64,000 nucleotides of DNA from an uncultured Francisellaceae bacterium (lineage in GTDB: Bacteria > Pseudomonadota > Gammaproteobacteria > Francisellales > CACEW01). Below, one piece after another: positions 43,071-52,488 of the stretch (the first letter of the stretch is position 1; every line of letters begins with the position of its first letter). The position numbers were made by a program, and so were the translations under genes. The stretch is taken from the NCBI GenBank assembly GCA_905612315.1, contig CAJQSL010000020.1, positions 2,341 through 66,340 on the forward strand. Direction: 5' to 3'. The notes beneath the pieces are model-generated. The model ran no database searches. It had not been told where the DNA came from and was given only the letters and a program-made list of their open reading frames with translations.

Positions 43071-45491
43071 TTAAGCATAACACCATCGAATTAATTTTTC
43101 AGTTGGAAAACTATCATCCCAAGGGAGAGTAAAGTCAGCCATATGTCCAATTGGAGCAATTCGCGATACTCCTTTTTGTAAAAATAATTTTGCTATTTTA
43201 TCCCTTCTAAAACTTTTCAATTCTAATCCCACAACTTGATTGTCTGAAGATAGTAGATCTGCTATTTGCGATAAATCTTCTATTTCATGGACAAATATAG
43301 TTCTTCCATATACGGGATCATTTAATTTTACTTCTTTATCAAAGAATATTGTCCATTTCATATTGGTTGATGTAATAATGTTCTGAATTTTTTTATTTTG
43401 ATAAGCGCATAATCTTGCTGATTTGATTTTGTCAAAAGCATTAAAATCCTTTTGGTTACCAATAATTTGTATTGATATTTCTTCCATTCTGTTTTTTAAA
43501 AGAGACAAAAATGTTTCCGTAGATATTTTAGCTCCTTTCTCAATAAAAACATTATGAGAAGATGCGCATGCTTTCTGGTCAAAAATTGAACAATCAATAG
43601 CAATTGACCTTGCTATTCTATTTACTTTTCTTTCCAGTTCCATAGACTCTCTACCAATTGCACTCAACGATAACTTTGGTCCAAAGACTATATCTTCAGC
43701 ATTATATTTTTTAGGAAAATTAACAATTGATTCTACAGCTTCTTTTCCGCCCCAAGCTACTCTTACATCAGATATTTTTGATAAAGATTTATTATTTTCA
43801 GAATTTCTATCAACATATAATAAACAAATAGCATCAGTAATGTCTTTGCCTTTAATCTTCTTACCATTTAAAGTTTTTACATCAATCTCTGATATTATAT
43901 TTAACATTTTTTGCAAAACAGCCAAAGAATTTTTAGATATTTTTATAATATTGGCATTTTTACAGATAATTGAAATTAGAATAGATATGATTCCAAGCGT
44001 TGGAACATTACCAGCAACCCAGTGAGTTACAATCCCTCTTGGTAAGGCGATTAACTTTTTGTTATATTCAGTATTAAAAATAAATTCGTCTAGATGATGT
44101 TTTGAACCTCTCAAAGATAGATTAAGGTTTTGCTCAAAACTTCCTGATAGGATCCAATTTATGATAAAATCCATTCCCGCATATTTATATTCTATTAAAT
44201 CTGAATCAGCGCTCCAGATTTTTGCGGCCTTTTTAAATATACCGATAATTTCATCTGTTGATAATTTTGCTAATTTTTGTTGAGCAGTGTTTAGTTGAAG
44301 TTCAATTAGTTGCCAATTATCTATATGAGTGAATGTTTTTTTACTTTCAAAATAGTACAAAATTGCTTGTTCTTTATTTTCAATGAAGCTATTTTTTTCT
44401 AAAATTTTTGTAGCAATAACATCTCCACAACCTCTAATTTCTGCAGATTTTGCCCTGCCGATAACTTTAAAATAAGTACCTTTTCTACCGCATTTACAAT
44501 CGTCATTGCCTGTAATTTGTATTAAATCATCAGTGATGAGGGAAAACCCAGTATATGACCTAGGAACAAGGGATAAAAATTGTCCAACTCCAGTTTGGCC
44601 ATCTGGTAGAATATCATAGGAGTAAGGATTTCTAACTATTAAATGTGCGTGGTCTGGCACATGTTTAAATCCATATCTACATTCTGGATAAATAGTTCCC
44701 ATCTGCTCGGTAAAACCATAAATATCTATTATATTTTCTGGTTTTAGTTTAAAAACTTCACAAGTATCTTCTATAAATTTTTCCCTACTAACCTGCTGAT
44801 CAGCAAGTTTTTTCCATCCGCCTATATGAATTAGATAACTGTTTTCTGGAAGCGTTAAAGTAATATTGTTTTGTTTACAAAACTTAATTAAATATATATA
44901 AACCAGAAAGGTGAAACCGCATAATATTAATGGGTTTTTATTTTCACTGATTATGTCTTTAATTTTTTGAATATTTGCTTTATAAGAATTATCGCTATTT
45001 TCTAAAATAAAATCTGACTTAGTGGCAAAATTGGTAAAACCACCAATTGCGCCATGTCTCGCGCTGATATCAAAAGAATTAGTTTGCGGCGGAACATCAC
45101 ATATTAAAAAATGTCTTCTTTCTTTTCCAATAAAATTGGAAAGACTTGCTATCAAAGAGAATACTTGTCTTTTTGAGGTTTCGTTATCAATGTTAATGAC
45201 AGATGGCACTCCTGAGGTCGAGGAGGAAAGTAAAGATCTATGAATTTTTTTTGAACTAGTAAAACTTTTACCATTTTCTTTGAAGTATTGTACCGGAAGG
45301 AAGGGTGCTTTATCTAGAGAAGTAAAAAAATCTTGGTTTTGATATTCATTATCGATAATTTTTTTATATAAACTATTATTTTGGTAGTGATATAAGTGCT
45401 CTTCTTTAATATATGGCAATAATAACTCTTTTTTTTCTGATAATTTCAGAGTAAATGCTGAGGATTTTATATATTCAATTACTGGTTTCAT
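43071..45491 (-). CDS. Fusion of LuxE-like acyl-protein synthetase (N-terminal) and LuxC-like acyl-CoA/acyl-protein reductase (C-terminal)
   Basis: 806 aa. The N-terminal half has the LuxE-type LLPYIKEEHLYHYQNNSLYKKI. The C-terminal half has the LuxC signatures THWVAGNVPTLGIISILISIICKNANIIKISKNS and a candidate catalytic Cys in FDQKACASSHNVF. Confidence 0.65.
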   Translation of the reverse strand: MKPVIEYIKSSAFTLKLSEKKELLLPYIKEEHLYHYQNNSLYKKIIDNEYQNQDFFTSLDKAPFLPVQYFKENGKSFTSSKKIHRSLLSSSTSGVPSVINIDNETSKRQVFSLIASLSNFIGKERRHFLICDVPPQTNSFDISARHGAIGGFTNFATKSDFILENSDNSYKANIQKIKDIISENKNPLILCGFTFLVYIYLIKFCKQNNITLTLPENSYLIHIGGWKKLADQQVSREKFIEDTCEVFKLKPENIIDIYGFTEQMGTIYPECRYGFKHVPDHAHLIVRNPYSYDILPDGQTGVGQFLSLVPRSYTGFSLITDDLIQITGNDDCKCGRKGTYFKVIGRAKSAEIRGCGDVIATKILEKNSFIENKEQAILYYFESKKTFTHIDNWQLIELQLNTAQQKLAKLSTDEIIGIFKKAAKIWSADSDLIEYKYAGMDFIINWILSGSFEQNLNLSLRGSKHHLDEFIFNTEYNKKLIALPRGIVTHWVAGNVPTLGIISILISIICKNANIIKISKNSLAVLQKMLNIISEIDVKTLNGKKIKGKDITDAICLLYVDRNSENNKSLSKISDVRVAWGGKEAVESIVNFPKKYNAEDIVFGPKLSLSAIGRESMELERKVNRIARSIAIDCSIFDQKACASSHNVFIEKGAKISTETFLSLLKNRMEEISIQIIGNQKDFNAFDKIKSARLCAYQNKKIQNIITSTNMKWTIFFDKEVKLNDPVYGRTIFVHEIEDLSQIADLLSSDNQVVGLELKSFRRDKIAKLFLQKGVSRIAPIGHMADFTLPWDDSFPTEKLIRWCYA

Positions 45492-45492
45492 G

Positions 45493-46626
45493 TTAATAAG
45501 CTGCTTTAAGAATTTTCATAAAATCATCAGTGGTTAAGTCTTCAGGAAAGAATCGTGATAAGGTATCATTTTGTGCCAAATAAGCATATTTGGGGAAATC
45601 ATTAACATTTAGTTGTGTAAAACCTGATATTTTGTTTTTAATACCAATTGCTGGCAAAATTTCTTCATAAATTTCTGAAATAATATAGTCCAAATTTTTA
45701 TAACCTATTTTTAAAGCAAGGTCATTATACTTTTCTTTCAAGTTAGAATTTTTTTTGCTATGAGTTTTAATCACCTCGGGCAATAAAAGTCCAGTAGCCA
45801 CGCCATGAGGTATTGATGGAATATTATGAGCTAAAGCATGAGCGGGGCCAACAACATTTATATTTTGGACAATGCCAGCAAAATAAGCTCCAATTAGGGC
45901 CGGGTTTGCATAATCTTTATGGTTATTTTTTAGTTTTTGAAAAGCATTTAACAAATTTTGCAAAGCATGACAAACTAAATTGCCAGCCATGATGTTTTGC
46001 ATTTTACTTACGTAACCCTCTAGGCAATGAGATAGAGCATCCAGCATAGATGGAATTAGAATCTTTAGCGGTATGTTTTGTAATAAATTTGCATCTAAAA
46101 TTGCCAGGTCAGGTAAAAAATCGTGTGTAACAACAGGTATTTTCTTCAGTCCATCCTCACTTGTAATAATGGCACTAGAACTTGTCTCACTTCCTGTGCC
46201 GGCAGTAGTTGGTACCGCAACAAATCTAGCTTTTTTACGAAGGGGCGGCAAAGAAAATGGTATACTTAAGCGCTCATTATCAAAATTAGGATTTTCATAT
46301 AATGCCCAAGCTATTTTTGCTCCATCAATTACTGAGCCTCCTCCAATTGCAACAATCCAGTCTGGATTAAAATCTAGCAATTGACCAACACTTTCTTTAA
46401 TCTTTGATAGTTTCGGCTCTCCATGCCATTTCGGATTGAAGACTTTGCATTCAAATCTTTTTTTATTAGCAGTAATTTTGCTAATAGTTTCATATTCATC
46501 GCAACTTCTTTTAGTTGCAAAAATAGCAATTTTTCTGGCGGGTATTCTGGCGAGATAGGATAATCCTCCTTCTTGACATAAGGTTTGTTTGGCAGATATC
46601 AAAGTTGAGGTTGATAAATTTAACAT
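45493..46626 (-). CDS. Iron-containing alcohol dehydrogenase
   Basis: 377 aa. Has GGGSVIDGAK, TTAGTGSETS and His-rich metal-site regions (LSHCLEGY, AHALAHN). Confidence 0.8.
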   Translation of the reverse strand: MLNLSTSTLISAKQTLCQEGGLSYLARIPARKIAIFATKRSCDEYETISKITANKKRFECKVFNPKWHGEPKLSKIKESVGQLLDFNPDWIVAIGGGSVIDGAKIAWALYENPNFDNERLSIPFSLPPLRKKARFVAVPTTAGTGSETSSSAIITSEDGLKKIPVVTHDFLPDLAILDANLLQNIPLKILIPSMLDALSHCLEGYVSKMQNIMAGNLVCHALQNLLNAFQKLKNNHKDYANPALIGAYFAGIVQNINVVGPAHALAHNIPSIPHGVATGLLLPEVIKTHSKKNSNLKEKYNDLALKIGYKNLDYIISEIYEEILPAIGIKNKISGFTQLNVNDFPKYAYLAQNDTLSRFFPEDLTTDDFMKILKAAY

Positions 46627-48083
46627 TATATTCCTTGGATTATTTTCTTTACTTCAGAAGTTAGTGTTTTCCCAGTTTCTGATCTGGGAATGAAGTTAGC
46701 AAACATTATTTTTTTAGGGATGGCAAAATTTTCTAGATATTTTCTCAGTTCATTGATGATGAAATTCTCAGAAACGTTTTCTTGTCTTACAATCAAAGCC
46801 ATAGGAGCCTCTCCTAGAATTTTATCTTCTAAAGATATTACAGCAGTATCTATAATACCTTTAACTTTTAATAATGCAGCCTTTATTTCTTCAGAGGAAA
46901 TTTTTAAACCGCCAATATTAATTAGATCTTTTTTTCTACCATTAATAAATAAATACCCTGCTTTATCTATATATCCCAAATCGCCAGTTTTGAAATAATC
47001 ATTTTCAATATTGTTTGCTTTTTCATTCCAATATCCTGCAAATAGGTGATTACCACCTATACATATTTCACCATCAATAATTTTAACTTTGACATCTTGT
47101 GAGGTTGGTTTCCCAACGGATTTATAATATTCTTTTTTTTGGTCAGATAGAGTGATAAAAAATGAACGAGATGCTTCAGTTAGGCCATAATAAAACATTA
47201 TTCTAAGACCAGGGCAGTTGGTAATTAAGTCTTTAGTTATCTCTTCCGGTAGTTTTTCTGTATTAATAACAATATAATCTAGTTTACGGAGGGTGGAAAT
47301 TGTTTTATTTCTAAATCTTTCATTTAAAAGGATTTTGAGCATTGACGGGGTAAGTGCTGTGGCGTTGTAATTTTTATTAAAAGCTGCAAAAAATTTTTTT
47401 AAAGATTTAATTCCATCCGTAATATATACAGTGCCTCCACCTGAATGGGTACAATAAACATGACCTAGACCAAAATTATGATATATGGGTAAAGGGATAA
47501 CTTCTTTGTTATTTTGTGTGTAACCAATATAATTTTTAATATTATTCAATGCCTGGTTGACACAAGCGTGAGTTAATTTTACCCCTTTAGGTTTCCCAGT
47601 AGAGCCAGTAGTAAACATTATAGCAACCAGCTCCTGGGGATTAATATTAAATTCTTTTCTGGCTATAAATTTTTGACTAAATGGCGACAGAATATGAGCT
47701 AACTCATTATATTTACTAATTTTAATAATTTCTAAGTTTATAACTTTATCTAGATCTTTATCCGTGAAAAGTATTTTTGCCTTTAACTCACTTGAAAAAT
47801 ATATTGCTCTGTCTTGTTTTAAATCATTAGAAATTGGAACTGAAATGGCTCCTAAAAGAATAGTTGCATAGTGCAATACAATTTGTTGTGCAGAGTTTCC
47901 AAGGGCATTAATAATAATATCTTGTTTTTTTATTCCTTTATATGACAAAAATTGGGTTGCTGCATATACAATGTTTGCTAGTTTATCATAAGTAAAACTT
48001 TCTTCTTTATCTTGTAGAGCAATATTCTGGGCGCAACCCTCATTCAAGGCTTTTTTGAATATAGTAGCAATGAAGTTGTTCAT
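46626..48083 (-). CDS. AMP-dependent synthetase/ligase (adenylate-forming enzyme)
   Basis: 485 aa. Has the MFTTGSTGKPKGVKLTH AMP-binding motif, YGLTE, TGDLGYID and GRKKDLINIGG. Confidence 0.85.
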   Translation of the reverse strand: MNNFIATIFKKALNEGCAQNIALQDKEESFTYDKLANIVYAATQFLSYKGIKKQDIIINALGNSAQQIVLHYATILLGAISVPISNDLKQDRAIYFSSELKAKILFTDKDLDKVINLEIIKISKYNELAHILSPFSQKFIARKEFNINPQELVAIMFTTGSTGKPKGVKLTHACVNQALNNIKNYIGYTQNNKEVIPLPIYHNFGLGHVYCTHSGGGTVYITDGIKSLKKFFAAFNKNYNATALTPSMLKILLNERFRNKTISTLRKLDYIVINTEKLPEEITKDLITNCPGLRIMFYYGLTEASRSFFITLSDQKKEYYKSVGKPTSQDVKVKIIDGEICIGGNHLFAGYWNEKANNIENDYFKTGDLGYIDKAGYLFINGRKKDLINIGGLKISSEEIKAALLKVKGIIDTAVISLEDKILGEAPMALIVRQENVSENFIINELRKYLENFAIPKKIMFANFIPRSETGKTLTSEVKKIIQGI

Positions 48084-48304
48084 GCTTTCTCTTTTAGGAT
48101 TTCAACTATGTCACCAAATGTTTCCATTTCTAAAACTTCATCTATATCTAACCTAACCTCAAAATCTTTTTCTAAGGCAAGGATCAAGTTTTGATGTGCT
48201 AAAGAGTCCCACTCTGGGATATCACCTGGACCTAAGTCTTCTGTTATAATAGATGGGTTGATTTTTAAAGATTCTGCAATTGTTTTTTTTATTTTTTCTT
48301 TCAT
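48080..48304 (-). CDS. Acyl carrier protein
   Basis: 74 aa. Has the DSL phosphopantetheine attachment context (IPEWDSLAHQNLILALE). The stop overlaps the ligase start (ATGA). Confidence 0.8.
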   Translation of the reverse strand: MKEKIKKTIAESLKINPSIITEDLGPGDIPEWDSLAHQNLILALEKDFEVRLDIDEVLEMETFGDIVEILKEKA

Positions 48305-48560
48305 GATTTAAAATTAATTCCGATTTTTTAGTATTCAATAATTTTAACGTTCAGCCAATCAAATAACAAGTTATAGATCGATTCTGTCAAACCAAATTAA
48401 AAATGAGGAGCGTCAAGCTTTTTTGGAGAAAAAATTTGAGCACACTTTAGTATTAATAATTTTGAATACTATTTTTTACAAGTCTTTAGTTTAAATTTGT
48501 ATGCCTTGAGTATGATAATTTTTATTATTACAATACCTTTTTCTTCATGGTAAGATCAGC

Positions 48561-49637
48561 GTGAGCGAATTAATATTAGATAAAATGGCGGTAAATATGA
48601 AGATACTAGATGTTTCTAAAATTAATAAACCTTTTATCATTGCTGAAATGTCAGGCAATCATAATCAGTCTTTAGATAGAGCATTAAAAATTGTAGAAGA
48701 GGCGGCAAAAGCTGGTGCCGATGCGATAAAATTGCAAACTTATACCGCTGACACCATGACTTTAAATATTGATAAAGATGAATTTAAAGTAACAGATAAA
48801 GATAGCTTATGGTATGGCAGGCATTTATATGAGCTGTACGAAGAAGCTCATACTCCTTGGGAGTGGCACAAACCTATTTTTGATAAAGCCAAAGAGTTAG
48901 GTATTATGGCTTTTAGTACTCCTTTTGATCATACAGCGGTAGATTTTCTAGAAGACTTAAATGTACCATTTTATAAAATAGCATCGTTTGAGAATACTGA
49001 TGTTAATTTAATTCGTAAAGTTGCAAGCACTGGTAAGCCAGTTATTATATCTACTGGTATGGCTAGTTTAGAAGATCTGCAATTAATGGTAAATACTATT
49101 AGAGATGCGGGTTGTGAAAACTTTGTAATGTTAAAATGCACTAGTGCATATCCTGCCTCTGCGTTAGATGCAAATATAAGAACAATTCCACATATGTCCC
49201 AAATGTTTGATTGTCCTGTTGGGATATCAGATCATACAATGGGTATTGGAGTACCAATTGCAGCTGTAGCTTTAGGAGCTATGGTAATTGAAAAGCATTT
49301 CTGTTTATCTCGTGCAGAAGGTGGGGTTGATTCTGCTTTTTCTTTAGAGCCACATGAACTTAAATTATTAGTTGAAGAGACAAACAGAGCCTATCAAGCG
49401 CTTGGGAAAGTAAAATATCAAACATCAGCTATCGAAGAAAAAAGCAAGCAGCATAGACGTTCTATTTATTTTGTAAAAGATATGAAAGCTGGGGATATGA
49501 TTACTGAGAACTGCCTAAGATGTATTCGGCCTGGATTCGGATTGCCTCCTAAATATTGGGATAAGCTGATTAACTCTCTAGTTAAAGTAGATGTTTCATT
49601 AGGAACTCCGGCATCCTTAAATTTAGTTCTCGAGTGA
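48561..49637 (+). CDS. pseI: Pseudaminic acid synthase
   Basis: 358 aa. Contains FIIAEMSGNHNQSLDRALKIVEEAAKAGADAIKLQTYTADTMT and a C-terminal SAF domain. Close in pattern to Campylobacter PseI. The start is uncertain (GTG at 48561 or a nearby ATG). Confidence 0.8.
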   Translation: MSELILDKMAVNMKILDVSKINKPFIIAEMSGNHNQSLDRALKIVEEAAKAGADAIKLQTYTADTMTLNIDKDEFKVTDKDSLWYGRHLYELYEEAHTPWEWHKPIFDKAKELGIMAFSTPFDHTAVDFLEDLNVPFYKIASFENTDVNLIRKVASTGKPVIISTGMASLEDLQLMVNTIRDAGCENFVMLKCTSAYPASALDANIRTIPHMSQMFDCPVGISDHTMGIGVPIAAVALGAMVIEKHFCLSRAEGGVDSAFSLEPHELKLLVEETNRAYQALGKVKYQTSAIEEKSKQHRRSIYFVKDMKAGDMITENCLRCIRPGFGLPPKYWDKLINSLVKVDVSLGTPASLNLVLE

Positions 49638-49647
49638 GAGCAGATCT

Positions 49648-50886
49648 ATGAGTCAAGTAAAAAAAGGTATATTACTGCTTTTTTTGGCACTATCTACTGT
49701 GGGAAATATACCTTTGCACGGCGGAACTACCCAGCTAAATCAACTCGTTTTGGCAATTTTTATTTTTTTAAGTTTATTTTTGGTTAAACGTTATCCTAGT
49801 AAATTTTTGGTGTTTTTTTTATTTACTTTGAGTTTGATTTTAGTTGGGTCACTAAAAGGTATCGGTAATATATGGCTTTTGGGAGACCTATCTAAATTGT
49901 TGTTATTATTGGGGGCTATGGCCGCATTTGTTGTGGTCTTAGATGATATGGAAAGTTTTTACTTTTTTGTTAAATATGCTTCAATTTTATTTATTTTGAC
50001 TATTGTTTTTGGTTTTTTGATGAATCCTCATTTAAGTATTGCAGAGCATAGGTTAGTTAATCTTAATATTTCTGGGGGTGGTGGGCCTTTGGGTTGGGCT
50101 GCTGCTGTTTTGTTTTCACTATATGGAGTAGTAGTTAACTATATTAAAGAAAAAAGAAAAGTTAAAAACTTGTTATTATTTGCGCTAACTTTAATTATAT
50201 TTGCCTCTTTATCTAGAAATGCCATATTGTTTTATATTATATATTTGATTTTTATGCGTAGAAAAGATTTATGGTATATTGCCTTATTAAGTTGTATCTT
50301 TTCCGTTTTATTATTTTTATGCCTTATATTATTTAAGTTTGTTCCATTTTCTGTGGTGACAGCTAATGCTTATCGTTTTGTGCCCTCTGGGATGTCAGAG
50401 ATGTTAGGTTTGCCGCATATTGATTGGCCGTTGTCTGGTAGAAGCCTTATTTGGAGTGGTTTTATTTTAAAATATATAGAAAGTAATTTTACAACTTTAA
50501 TTTTTGGTTATGGAATTGGCTCAGTATCTATTCATATTCCTGCTGCTGATTATTTTTCACGGGATCCACATAATTTTTTTATATCTATTCTGATGACATT
50601 TGGTTTGTTAGGTTTAGTATCCAGTGTTTTATTTTGGAGTTGTTCTTTGTATTATTTTAAAGCATTAAAAAATAGGGAAAGCTTTAGCGTGTTAGTCGCT
50701 TTGCTTTTTGGCCTTATGTTTAATAGTATTTGGCGTTTTTCAAGTATTATATGGTTAAATGCACTTTTATTTATATTTCCATATTTGTGGTTGTCTGTGA
50801 AAAAAGAATTTTATGGATCTTCTAATATGCAAGATTCTATAGTTGCTCCAAGATTATCTATGGATATGAAGGATGATAATTCATGA
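49648..50886 (+). CDS. wzy: O-antigen polymerase/ligase-family membrane protein (Wzy-like)
   Basis: 412 aa, about 10-12 TMs with a larger loop before the last helices. Polysaccharide-locus context with wzx. Confidence 0.55.
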   Translation: MSQVKKGILLLFLALSTVGNIPLHGGTTQLNQLVLAIFIFLSLFLVKRYPSKFLVFFLFTLSLILVGSLKGIGNIWLLGDLSKLLLLLGAMAAFVVVLDDMESFYFFVKYASILFILTIVFGFLMNPHLSIAEHRLVNLNISGGGGPLGWAAAVLFSLYGVVVNYIKEKRKVKNLLLFALTLIIFASLSRNAILFYIIYLIFMRRKDLWYIALLSCIFSVLLFLCLILFKFVPFSVVTANAYRFVPSGMSEMLGLPHIDWPLSGRSLIWSGFILKYIESNFTTLIFGYGIGSVSIHIPAADYFSRDPHNFFISILMTFGLLGLVSSVLFWSCSLYYFKALKNRESFSVLVALLFGLMFNSIWRFSSIIWLNALLFIFPYLWLSVKKEFYGSSNMQDSIVAPRLSMDMKDDNS

Positions 50887-51941
50887 GGGTTTTACATTTA
50901 TTTTTAGTTAGCTCACCTCTGCAGACAATTACAGTATCTAATATACTTAAGCAATATTTAGGTAAACCTGATGAGGATATTTGTCTGTTTTGTGAGGGCG
51001 ACAGGTTAAAATCGCAAGTTGATGAATCTTTGTGGACTAAGGTTATCTATGGTAATGATACTAGGCCTTCAATTAATAAAGCAAAGAAGAGTATTAGGAC
51101 TAATTTAAATCTTTTAAAGCCTTTAGTTGATTCATATGAAAAGATTATTTTATATGTAGGTGATCTTTATTGGTTATTTAATAATACAATGTTTTCTATG
51201 TTGAAAAACAGAAAACTTAAGTATTTTAAGTGTAATTTGTTTGATGAGGGTTTGGTTTTATATAGACATGATAAAGAGAAGTATATAAATTTAAAAAAAC
51301 AGTTTGTAAAGTTTATCTGGCAAAGGTTACATGGTTTTTCGGCAAGTTTATTATGGAGGGATCCTATACAAATCCCATGTTGGATTAACCGTATTTATTG
51401 TTATCACCCGGGGTTATTAAAAGCTCCAGATTGGGTTGAGGTTAAAGATCTAGATGTTAATTATATTTCAGATTATTTGGAGGAGCAAAGAAGCTCTTTG
51501 CCTGAATTGCCTGTTATAGGGGAACGAACATTATTATATTTATCACAACCTTATTATCGTGTTATGCCCTTAGATAAATGGAAGCAAGTTATAACATCGC
51601 TTAAAAACTATGCCAGAACTTTAGGTGTTAAGGATATTTATGTAAAACCGCATGATGGGGATACTAGGGAGTGGATTAATTATTTGCTTGAAGAGGGTGG
51701 TTTTAAATTATTTACTAAAGTGCGCTCAGGTGTGGCAATTGAATTGCTTGCTTCAGAATTATCGTTTGACTATGTGGTAAGCACGGGTAGTTCGGCCTTA
51801 TTTAATTTAAAGTTATTCGGTTATAATGGTAAGGTTATTTCTTACGGGCTTGAAAAATCAGCAATAAGCCGTAAGATTAAAAAATTACATGAGGCATCAT
51901 TTAGAATATATAAACACGTTGGAGTGGAGACTGTTGACTAA
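50883..51941 (+). CDS. GT52-like (sialyltransferase-family) glycosyltransferase, candidate pseudaminyltransferase
   Basis: 352 aa. Segments resemble Neisseria Lst-type GT52: CNLFDEGLVLY (compare FDDGTGNL), LLYLSQPYY, IYVKPHDGD (compare YVAPHPRQ) and VVSTGSSALFNL. Recalled from memory, not searched. Confidence 0.4.
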   Translation: MRVLHLFLVSSPLQTITVSNILKQYLGKPDEDICLFCEGDRLKSQVDESLWTKVIYGNDTRPSINKAKKSIRTNLNLLKPLVDSYEKIILYVGDLYWLFNNTMFSMLKNRKLKYFKCNLFDEGLVLYRHDKEKYINLKKQFVKFIWQRLHGFSASLLWRDPIQIPCWINRIYCYHPGLLKAPDWVEVKDLDVNYISDYLEEQRSSLPELPVIGERTLLYLSQPYYRVMPLDKWKQVITSLKNYARTLGVKDIYVKPHDGDTREWINYLLEEGGFKLFTKVRSGVAIELLASELSFDYVVSTGSSALFNLKLFGYNGKVISYGLEKSAISRKIKKLHEASFRIYKHVGVETVD

Positions 51942-52488
51942 AAAGATATTAGATATTGGTTGTGGTAATAATAAAACTCCAGGGGCTATTGGTGTTGATT
52001 TTGTAAATTTGCCTGGTGTCGATATAGTGTGTGATTTGAATAAAGACTGGCCAATTGAGGATAGTGGCTATGATCAAATTATATTTAGACATAGTATGAA
52101 TCACTTTAATGATATCTACCATATTATGAAACAAGCACACCGGGTACTAAAAAAGGGCGGTTTAATGGAGGTGGTAGCTCCTCATTTTTCGAGTGATAAT
52201 ATTTTTACAGACCCTACAGTAAAATTTTTTATAGGGTATCGATCTTTTGACTATTTTTGTGACAATGTTTCTAGTAAGTATCATTATTATTCAGATGCTC
52301 GTTTTATCTTAAATAAACGTAAAATCTTTTTATACAAGTCTGATTGTAATACGATTAAGCAAAAAATATTTAGCTCTTTTATATGGCCTTTCGATGCAAT
52401 TATAAATTCGGCGCCGAGGATTTATGAGAAGTTTTTTTGTTTTATTTTTCGAGCAAACGAAATCGTATTTGAGTTAAAAGTGAAATGA
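51889..52488 (+). CDS. Class I SAM-dependent methyltransferase
   Basis: Motif I KILDIGCGNN, then a GGLMEV post-II region. The true start is probably a TTG at about 51919-51931, because 51889 overlaps the upstream gene by 53 nt. Confidence 0.7.
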   Translation: MRHHLEYINTLEWRLLTKKILDIGCGNNKTPGAIGVDFVNLPGVDIVCDLNKDWPIEDSGYDQIIFRHSMNHFNDIYHIMKQAHRVLKKGGLMEVVAPHFSSDNIFTDPTVKFFIGYRSFDYFCDNVSSKYHYYSDARFILNKRKIFLYKSDCNTIKQKIFSSFIWPFDAIINSAPRIYEKFFCFIFRANEIVFELKVK

